Positions 28,761 through 38,933 of a stretch of DNA of 64,000 nucleotides are shown here, piece after piece. The stretch is from Octopus sinensis. Its lineage: Eukaryota. The DNA lies in NCBI RefSeq assembly GCF_006345805.1, contig NC_043015.1:16368001-16432000 (forward strand), read 5' to 3'. The notes beneath the pieces are model-generated. The model was given only the letters and a program-made list of their open reading frames with translations. It had not been told where the DNA came from and ran no database searches. Positions within the stretch are counted from its first letter, which is position 1, and every line of letters starts with the position of its first letter. A program made the position numbers and the translations under genes.

Positions 28761-29862
28761 GATTTAAGTCGCATGTCTTGGAACCAATTACTGACGTAAG
28801 TTGAGGTAAGCAGGTGCATAATTTTTAGTGTTGCGTGTTAAAAACTAAGATCGTGAGTTGAAATTGTAATTGACTTCATATACAGAGAAAATATATGTCC
28901 AAGACAAAAATTAAATATCCTTAATCACTGATATATAATTATAACGGGAAGCTAGAGTAAACTGAATTCCAGACGTTTTTCCTTCCTATAAACGAAACGG
29001 CTCACCAATCTTAATTAATATTATTTGTGCTTGTTTTCAAGCAAGAGCAGATAATATTGATTTAATCCAGGAATAGGAAATAATTCGTTATATTTATGAA
29101 ATAATTTTAAAAAATAGAGCTTACATTTTAGGATTGTTTTCAATTCATAAAATATAACCTGTGTTGTAACAGTGTTTCAGTTTTGAAAGAAAGCACAAGT
29201 GTGTAATATAATAAAACAAAACGAAATAATGAAATAAACTATAATCCCATTGAGGTTTACTGAGATAAACTGTAAGATTCTAAGTGACGAATACAGCATC
29301 TAAAAATATTTACGCATAAGAATGGTTGTTTTCGTGAATAGAAAAATATGGATATATTCAGTGAGAAAATATCCAAATCTATATTTATTGCTCGTTTTAG
29401 AAAGAAAATTCAAGGGTCCACAGCCAACTAGTTGAAACTAGCAAGAGAATTACACAAAAACTACTTTCAAAGTCTGACGCGTATTTGAAAAACCCAAACA
29501 AATAATAATACAATAACACTATCAATAAAGATTCCACCATTTTAGAAAGTAGGTTCATTTAAGCACAATTAATAGTATCCAACAAAACAAAATCAAATAC
29601 ATTTAAAGAAAATGAGTTTCTTGGCTAAAGATATAGCTGGGAATAAATACTTCCAATATATAAATAAATTGTTTAAAAAAAAAACACAAACCGTGAGATG
29701 TTGACAAAATATATAATCCAAAAACAGTTCAATGCATTTCTGGCGGGAAGTACCACGGAAATAACCGAGATTTTACGACAAATTAATCACGTGATCGACG
29801 AAGCTTACTTCCCCACGTCGTTTGAAAATTCAATCTATCTATTTAGTTATTGTAAAACAACG
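28740..29862. promoter_or_regulatory. Divergent promoter region between SA (minus) and CDC20-like (plus)
   Basis: CCAAT 28784-28788; TGACGTAA (CRE-like) 28792-28799; ACGCGT 29477-29482 then TTTGAA 29484-29489; TGGCGGGAA (E2F) 29741-29749; palindromic TCACGTGA E-box 29787-29794; TTTGAA (CHR) 29821-29826. Local CpG retention. Confidence 0.55.
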
Positions 29863-29871
29863 ATGCCAAAG
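29863..29871 (+). CDS. CDC20: Putative first coding segment (ATG CCA AAG, MPK) of the CDC20-like gene
   Basis: aaaacaacgATG context with A at -3, immediately followed by donor AAG|GTAAAT, just downstream of E2F/CHR motifs. The link to downstream exons is inferred. Confidence 0.45.
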
Positions 29872-30890
29872 GTAAATATATATGTATTTTTGCTTTCCAA
29901 GACAAAGGAAATTGCTCTTGACTTTTTTTTTCCAGATGTGTAGTTAAACTTGTATTTATTTATACATTTTATAAAACCTTTGGCGAATGTAACTTTAGCC
30001 AAACAATTTAGAACTGGCTCTGCTTGAAACGTAAACTATCTTGTTTTGCCGCGGCAAACGAGCTTGTTCATATTTGCGAACTTGATTACATGGTTTTCTG
30101 CGGTTTTGCTAAAATCTTTAGAAATAGTTATAATTCAAAGATAGTATATACCCTTTTTGTTAATTTCACCAGTCTGCCACAGCCCGAAAATGTCATAGGT
30201 AAAAAAAAAAACTAAATCTGCCGGACTATTCTGCTATACGAAGATGACTTGAATTAGCATACCTACTTCATTGTGCCCCCTCGACTTTGTTTTTCAGAAA
30301 AAAAAAAAGTTTTTAATGAAATTTTCTACAAATACCTTTCAGATGATATAAATTCTGATTATATCGAAATTTAATGAAAGATTAAAAAAAAAAAAATGGT
30401 AGGCGTGCACACATACATGCTGATTGACACACCACAATTTTTCAAAATTTCAAGTTTAATTTTGTAGATATGTGATGTATCAGTATGTATGCATGTTTGT
30501 GCTCTCAAAATTTTAATTTTTTCTGCATTAAATTACAATATAATCTGGTTCTGACTACCATATGAAAGCTATTTGTAGAAAGTTTCCTTTAAAAATATCC
30601 ATTTTTTAAGTTTCTGAGGAAATAAATTCGGAGATGGTGTGCATAATTGTGTTCGTAAAACTTTTTTTAAAAGTGTCTTGGTATACAAAAGGTGGAATAC
30701 TTTGACAATGATTTAACTTTTTACATTTTATTTTTTGAGAAAGAAAATGGTACTGAAATGTGGGGGCAGGGGGCAAAATGTAAAATGACATTTGGGGTAA
30801 AGTATACGCACACCACAAGTTTTCGGCGTTTAGGGTTACACTGAAAACGGGTGGTGTGCGTATTATTTACTTCCATCCGATATATATCTC

Positions 30891-31462
30891 TATATATAAT
30901 GAAATTATTGTATACAGTGCTCTGGTGCACCACAACTTGTCAAAAGTGCGTATAAAGCATATGCAGTAATGTACAAATGTCTGGGAAGTTAACAATGTAT
31001 GGGTCAGATACATGCTTGCATGTGTATGGAGGGGAGAAGATCAGGTGTAGTGTTGCCGAATCTCAGGAAGCATGGAAGTTTTGAAGGATGCAGTGCTCCG
31101 ACAACTAACAACTGATGCCGGCAGTTTGTTCCATGCTTCAGCAACTCTTAGCGTGAAAAAATGTTTCCGAAAGTCATGGGAGCTGTGCTGTTTTCTGACT
31201 TTGTAAACATGTCCACGGGTGTTAGACAGGTGGAGTTTGAAAAGGTGCTCAGAGTTATTGTTAGTAAGATGGTTGATAACTTTATGGGTGTCTGCCAAGT
31301 CAGCTGCCAGACGTCGGAGTTTCAATGTATCCATGCCCAGGGAAGTAAGGCGTTCAGAATATGGCAAATGCCTGATGGAGGGTATTCTCTTGGTTGCACG
31401 TTGCTGAACGGCTTCCAGACTATTAATATCCTGGGCAAGATAGGGGTTCCAGATCGGTGATG
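30891..31462 (-). mobile_element. 5'-truncated copy of the same CR1-type LINE
   Basis: ORF 31041-31367 nearly identical to the C-terminus of 47220-48041; same 3' UTR. Confidence 0.92.
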
Positions 31463-31497
<35 letters not shown>

Positions 31498-31994
31498 GAA
31501 TTTTATAGTATTTGGTTTCGCGAAAAAGTACAATGGAGTGTTAAGCAACAAACAAATTACATAAATAAGGCTCATCATAGGTAGCCGACATAGAAGGGAC
31601 GGATACTTAATAGTATAAAATTCGGATAATATACCCACTCTACTAACAGTTATATGAGCGCATCTTCTCCCCTACTTATGGTCTAATAGACGACTACATA
31701 TATATGTATTTATATATATATATATATAAAATCTTGTGAGATTATAAAAATAATTTATTAGAAAAGAATATGGTATTGGCAGCGAGGCAAAAAGTAAAAG
31801 GCTAAACATTAAATTTTTTGACAAAAATTCTTTCACAGAAGGAAATAATCCTAATTCTTTACCCTTTTCCTCCTCATTGAGTTAATGATTGCCTTTCCAA
31901 AACTGCGCCAATCTGAGATTACACTTTCGTGAGTCGTCTGCTACAGTAAAATCTTGGCTGTTTTCAGTTTTGTCATATTTCGGAAGTTTTTATA

Positions 31995-32185
31995 CTCTTT
32001 ACTCTTTTACTTGTTTCAGTCATTTGACTGCGGCCATGCTGGAGCACGGCCTTTAGTCGAGCAAATCGACCCCGGGACTTATTCTTTGTAAGCCCAGTAC
32101 TTATTCTATCGGTCTCTTTTGCCGAACCGCTTAGTGACGGGGACGTAAACACACCAGCATCGGTTGTCAAGCAATGCTGGGGGGA

Positions 32186-32216
<31 letters not shown>

Positions 32217-32350
32217 GTATATATATACGACATTGGTCGGCCCGGAGCTATAGCAGAATACACTTGCCCAAGATGCCATGTAGTGGGACTGAACCCGGAA
32301 CCATGTGGTTGGTAAGCAATCTACTTACCACACAGCCACTCCTGCGCCTA
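31995..32350 (-). mobile_element. tRNA-derived CORE-like SINE (abundant family), best-preserved copy
   Basis: Head GGCGCAGGAGTGGCTGTGTGGTAAG..GGTTCAGTCCC, a CORE-like segment and an internal (CA)n tract. Other copies near 300-445, 3210-3555, 20285-20665, 25495-25850, 35250-35605, 58790-58940 and 61305-61570. Confidence 0.75.
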
Positions 32351-33544
32351 TAAATGTATTTTTTAAAAAGTTATGCATATTTTCGAGGAATCATTGTCTC
32401 TAAATTTTTGGATCTTTTTTTTTTTTTATCTTAAGGGAGAAAGCATTAACCCGGACCCATATCAAAATGTACCAATTTTATAGCTCCTCCCATCATCACC
32501 ACCATCCCATTAAATAGAGTCAAGTGTGTATTCCAGATATTTGTCGTGCAGGAATTAGGTTCTGGGGTGCAATGAATAATTTTTGACTTCAATACTAACG
32601 CTGTGGGGTGGAGTGGGGGAGAAGGAATATTTCGTAACTTAGGATTCGAAACAGAAAATTTTCGTGATTAAAAATAGATCTTTTTCTTTGCGCATTGTGT
32701 GGATTCGTGCGAGCTCGAATGCGCACACACACATTTCTGTGTCCAGATGCTTGAATTAAAAACCGTCCCAACTATGACCGTGTTGCTTTTTAAAAATATT
32801 CCGGTCATGAACTTCGCATGATCCATTTTTATTTAAAAACAAATATATACAAGATCTTTTCTATTAGACACACTGGTTCCAATTTCATTGAAAATTTCTA
32901 AACAAAAGTAATTGTTCGTGCAAATTACGAAAATGAAAAACTATTTGGGAGAGAAATTAACAGTAAAAGTGTTGTGAACCTTTAAAGCTTGAAGATTTTC
33001 GTAATTTTAGCGAATCATATTTACCCATTTTCAACATACCATCCAGCAGATGTTAAACGTATGTGTTCCCCTAGCAACCTACTATCTTGGGGTTAGTTTT
33101 AGGATTAATCGGATGGGTTAATATTTACTTTAACACCCGCCACCAAAACAAAAAAAGCAAGTGTAATAGGTGTAAAATGAAATATGTATTAAACGAATAT
33201 GAAAACAAATTTGCGCCAACGAACGGAGAGAGGACTTTCGGAAAGTTCACTCGATCCGATTTTTTTCCCTCATAACTTTTAGGAAAATGAATATTTTTCA
33301 ATGAAATTTTATTTAAATACCTTTCGAACGGCATAAATTACGATTATAAAGAAATTAGTGAGGAAAATTTGGTACTTTTTAGGTTATCTCATCCCCTTTA
33401 AAAAATTGGGTTATCTCCCCAACTAAAAAATTGTTTAACCCTAAATGAAACAAAATTAAAAGGAAAAAATTAACAAACATGAAAAGTGGGAAGATTAAAC
33501 ATCTTATTGAATTTGATATTTTTGTAGCAAATCATACAAAACTG

Positions 33545-33965
33545 GGCGATCTTTCGTCTCTAGTAGACCTTTCCGTCGATTTCCGTAAAATTTTTTTTTT
33601 TTTACATATGGGCTTGCGGGAACTTTTGAAGTAATATACATACATATACACATACACCGAGTAAAAAATTTCAGTTATCTCTTTCTTTCACACATTACTC
33701 TGTCTCTTCACACACACTAACAGGAGCACTTCACTTACACAACATACTTTCTGTCTCCCACACCCCATCAAACACACGCACACACACATGTCCATCAATG
33801 CTCCCATGCACGGTAACTTCAAAAGAACTTCCCTCGTCATACAATCGCTTTCTCTTAGTCTCTTTCGCTCTCATTACTTCAAAAGTTCCCGCAAGCCCAT
33901 ATGTAAAAAAAAAAATTTTTTTTACGGAAACCGACGGGAAGGTCTACTAGAGACGAAAGATCGCC
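33545..33965. mobile_element. MITE with about 90-bp TIRs and 8-bp TSD, Merlin-like
   Basis: TIRs GGCGATCTTTCGTCTCTAGTAGACC...GAAGTAAT and its reverse complement. Flanks CAAAACTG (33537-44 and 33966-73). The 5'-GGCGA end fits the GGNRM Merlin consensus. A 6-bp AAAACT TSD with GGG ends is an alternative parse. Confidence 0.7.
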
Positions 33966-34758
33966 CAAAACTGAAAGAATTAAACATCTTATTGAATCTG
34001 ATAACATGTATGATAACAAATCATACCATGCCTATTGAGGAGGCCAAAAGTCAACAATGTGTTGAAGTATTGAATCTTTCCTCAGGGATTGGGGAGAGGA
34101 CTTTCGAAGAGAAAGAAACTCGTAAATTATTTTTTTACTTGAGTGTAATAAAATTAATGTTAGAAAACATTTTTAGATTCATTTATTTTTCGTTTGAGTA
34201 ATAGAAAAAGGTTTTAAACGAGATCCCATGTATCATGGTGAGAGGGACAAATTCATAAATACATTGTAGAACACGGTTTCATTATGGAAAAAAAATTAAG
34301 GTCGTTTTAGCTGTTGGTTTTAGCACATCCCCACTGTTGGAATCGGTTATGGATAGCAAAATTCTGTTGCAAATCATAAATATTTGTTTTGTTTCCTTTT
34401 CTTTCATTAAACATTTTCATCTTTAAAAGTTTTATAACGTTTTTATTAATTTATCAAAAAATAACATCGTGTCTCCAGTGGTGTACCTAGTATAAGTGCC
34501 TCCGGGGTGGATGTTTATTTGGCCGTCCCTTAAAAGTTCTAATAACATTTCAAAGTGCCAAAAACGGAATAATACGAGTATATATGTTTAAAAACTAACA
34601 CTTCCTTTTTCTGAGCTGAGTTTCAAAACCAAATCTAAGGATTCTCGTCTGCCTGATCCACCACTGGCCAAACAGGCACAAAAGAGATTTCTTTGTCCTG
34701 TCAAAAAGTGATGGATGGATTTCCATTCGACTTCTGACTTGAGCTGTGTCATTTAAGG

Positions 34759-35042
34759 CAGTGCTACTCAAAGTGGTGGTCCACGGACCGGTACCGGTCC
34801 TTGAGCCATCAGCTGCCGGTACACTGCGAGTTTCCAGAAAAAGAAAGAAACATTATAAAATGCTTATGTATTATTTGTTTACAAAATAAATATAAGATAT
34901 CAAAAATTGTCAACTTTTATTATATTCATTATATATATTGTTTCCGGTATAAATTAATATTACTAAGAAATATTACCAGTCCCTGACATATTGGGGTAAA
35001 AAGATTGCCGGTATGCCACATCAGATAGTTTGAGAAGCACTG
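34759..35042. mobile_element. hAT (Charlie-like) MITE inserted in the Gypsy 5' LTR
   Basis: TIRs CAGTGCTACTCAAAGT / AGTTTGAGAAGCACTG. Perfect 8-bp TSD ATTTAAGG. The 3' LTR shows the empty site. Confidence 0.9.
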
Positions 35043-38000
35043 ATTTAAGGATCAAGTGGACAACAGGTGACCTACATAGGTAGTAATTATTCTTATGGTA
35101 TGTCTGTTCTTCTAGCTAGGATGATGATTTTAAATACAGACACATGACAGATGAGCAGACAGCCAGCAGGAAGCAAACGGTCGACAGACAGCAGTTAACT
35201 TGCACCGGTCAAGCAGCCAACAAAAAGTGACATATTCAACATAAACGACAGGAGTGGCTGTGTAGTAAGTAGCTTGCTTACCAAACCACATGGTTCAGTC
35301 CCACTACATGGTGCCTTGGGCAAGTGTTTCTACTGTAGCCTTGGGCTGACCAAAGTCTTTTGAGTGGATTTAGTAAACGGAATATATACACACACACACA
35401 CATGTATATATGTGTCTGTTTGTACCCCCATCATCATTTGACAACCTATGCTGATGTGTTTATGTCCCTGTAACTTAGCAGTTCATCAAAAGAATCCAAT
35501 GGAATAAGTACTAGATTGACAAAGAATAAGTTCTGGAGTCGGTTTGTTCAACTAAAGGCGGTGCTCCAGCATCGCCGCAGTCAAATGACTGAAACGAGTA
35601 AAAGAGTAACACAGCAACAGAACATAAACAGACACAACCAAATGACCAATGCACACACACAAAACATGCCCAGGTTTACCTCATCACATCAACACAGTAT
35701 TTCTCCTGATCATTTTTTACTTCATCAACTGAAAGCAAGTTGGTAACATCATGTAGCAGCTTTCCTTGTGTATCCAACACGTAAATGCAAGTGTCAATCA
35801 AATAAATTATTTAAACCTCAATCTAATGCTTTCCTCATTGTTTTCTTTGATGTCGTCAACATGCCTATCTTCATCTGCTACATCAACAACACCTTTTGCT
35901 TCATATCTCACTACATTTGGTAACCCTGATGAAGAATGACAACCTTAACACCACACATCACTAAGTCAGAACTGCAAAATTAGTCGTCACAGTATGGCTC
36001 TATTGGGACACAAACCAGCAGCGAACTCATCCACGGTCAACAGGGCATTCACCAGTGGTTCTGAAATTTCGGACTTGCGCTCATTGATGATGCAGCAGGC
36101 ATCACAGATACAATCCTTATTGCTTGGTATCCACTGTCAAAGCAGCAGCCGATCGCGTCGATTTAGAAGGCAGTCCTGAAGCCCGAGTGCCTCCTGTAAT
36201 TTGCATCCCTCATCTACAGGACTTTTCTAGCTCGCTGCATGGAGCTTGCATCTTTTCAAAGATCGACCTTGTGCAAGCTTACAATTAAATCCCTGTAGAA
36301 CCTGCAGATATTCCGAAGACTGCAGTCATGACACCTTTCAGAATATTTGCCTTTCAGTTTATGCAACGCAGCACAGACGTTCCGTTTTAGAGACACAGTT
36401 ACCAGAGGTTTGCCTTTTGTCTATGCATACATAGATGACTTACTCATGGCCAGTAGCTCAGATGAAGGGCATGAACAACACCTGCACCTGCTATTCTAAT
36501 GCCTGTGGGAATATGATATTGTTATCAATGCCAGCAAATGTTCATTCAGAGTTGCGCCCCTTCATTTTCTTGGACATCATCTTCACAAATTGTGGGAATT
36601 TCTTGGCCTCATGAATTTCTACCCTCACTGTGCAGAGACAGCCCAACCACTCACAGATTTGCTGCGACACCAAACAAGCAAAAATACAAACATTGCCTTG
36701 AGTGAAGAAAGACTTGCTTCTTTTGCTGACTTGTAAAAAGTGTTATCCAATGCTACCATGCTAGTGTATCCCAAACCAGACACCCCACTGTGTGTACTAG
36801 TTGATGCATCCAATTCAGGAGTTAGAGGTGTGCTCCAACAACTCACTGACAGTATTTGGCAACCTGTACCCTTCTTCTCCAAGTGCTTAAAACCTACCAA
36901 GACTAAGTACAGTACCTTCGGTTGAGAATTATTGGCAGTGTATCTCGCTGTCAAGCATTTTCGACACATGCTAAAAGGTTGCGTTTTCTCTAACTATACC
37001 AACCGTAAGCCACCGGGTTATGCATTCAATGCCAAGCCTGATCATCACTCACCCAGGGAAGTCTGACATCTAGACTTCATAACACAGTATACAACAGACA
37101 TTTGCCACATCAAGGGTGCGAACAACTCTGCAGCTGATGCCCTGTCATGCATGGAGCTTAACGCTATCCACACCACCGCTACTATTGATCTCCAGCAGAT
37201 TGCAGCTGACGAACAAAATGACTAAGAACTACTACTACAGCTCCAGAATTCGTCATTTATGAAATTTCAACAATCCCTGATACCCTCTACTACAGGCTAT
37301 ATTTAGTGTGAGACCTCCAATAGTCATGATTGTCCATATGTGCTACAAAAACAAAGACATGACGTTTTCTCTGCTTTGCATTCCCTAAACATCCAGGTAT
37401 CCACGCCTCACAAAGGCTGATATTGACTGTTTCATGTGGTCCAACATCAACAGGGACAGTCATGAATGGACTAGGATTTGTGTCGCGTACCAAAAAGCAA
37501 AGGTCCACCGACATTAAATCTCCCTTCAGTTCCTTTGCAACTCCTGATGCACGTTTTCAACACATGCATATCAACATCGTTCGACCCTTGCCTCCTTCCA
37601 ACAATTGCACTCACCTGTGTTGACGATTACTACCAAAAGAGGACGTCAGTTTGATTCTCACCTTTTCACTGAGCTGACTTGTCTTGGGTGTAAACGCACC
37701 TGCACGACAGCTTATCACCCTGCAGCAAATGGTATGGTCGAACGTTTTCACCACCAACTTAAGGCAGCTATAAAAGTGTATCCAGACTGCTCCAACTGGT
37801 TGAAATATCTTCCACTCGTCCTCCTTGGTATGCGATCCATGGTTAACGAGAGAGTTGGACATACTCTGGTTGAACTGGTTTATGGCACGGCACTCGCCTT
37901 ACATGGACAGATGATCGATTCTGTTTCACCACAAGTCTTTCCAGACCCAGCAAGATAGGTTCACCTCTTACAGACATCTATATCGCATTTGTCCCCTGCA

Positions 38001-38537
38001 GGTCCCAGACAACAGAACATCACTTCGCTTATCCCAAAGGACGTCAATACTTAGACACATGTTTTCATTAGAAATGATGGAATATCTTCTCAACTTCAGC
38101 CACCATATTCCAGGCCCTACAATGTAAAGCAAAGTATTTTGTTCTCAATATTGGAGAAAAATGAAATACTGTCTCTGTCAATCACTTAAAAAAGGCATTC
38201 GTTGAAAGCAAGAGGACTTGCTTTCATTTCCTGCTGTTCCTCAAATGGACTCAACAATTTCAGCTTCACCCATCACAAACACCTCAGATTCTGCACAACC
38301 TGGCACACCAAATAGGGAAGAACAATTCAATGGCCTGCAAGATTTGTTCAAATCTTTCGAGTAACTACAAACTTTTCAGTTACCCGTCATTTCAAGTGAA
38401 ATGTCCACTTCAACAAATAAAAACAAATTTTTTTTTGGTTATGAACAATTTTGACATACATAACCCAAGTGTTTCTGCATCACTCACATCAAACCAAAAC
38501 ACAACAAAAAACATTTACATTATTTACATTCAATAGG

Positions 38538-38933
38538 TATTTGTCCTCATCTTGTTTGTTGTTAACACAACGTTTTGGCTAATATACCCTCCAGCATTCA
38601 TCGGGTGTCTTGGGGTAATTTTGAGCCTGAGTTCTCATTCCTAAGGTATTTTTCGATATTATTATTATTACTATTGTTATTGTTCAGGTCACTGCTTGGA
38701 ATCGAACTCGGAATCATGGGGTTAGTAGCCCACGCTCTTAACCACAACACCATAATAATAACAACATCAAAAAATACCTTAGGAATGAGAACCCAGGTTC
38801 GAAATTTCCCCATGACACCTGATGAAGGCTGGAGTGTATATCAACCGAAACTTTGTGTTAACACCAAACAAGATGAGGATGAATCTGTTGAATGTAAATA
38901 ATGTACATCATTCCTCATCTCTTAAATATAGAA
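38538..38933. mobile_element. tRNA-headed SINE-like element with hammerhead cores, head-to-head inverted pair (copy B), inserted in the Gypsy element
   Basis: Near-full unit on minus (38538-38753) plus a headless unit on plus (38754-38933). Plus arm reads GACAC-CTGATGA(38819-38825)-AGGCTG...CAACC-GAAAC-TTT-GTGTT. Confidence 0.8.

Noticed and set aside
28790-28815. Plus-strand donor GAG|GTAAGC near the SA promoter (possible extra 5' exon or antisense transcript)
   Set aside because: A single motif with no identifiable partner acceptor or other support.
29698-29943. 81-aa ORF over the CDC20 promoter
   Set aside because: TTG start, runs through a splice donor and overlaps regulatory motifs; only the ATG CCA AAG part is a plausible coding segment.
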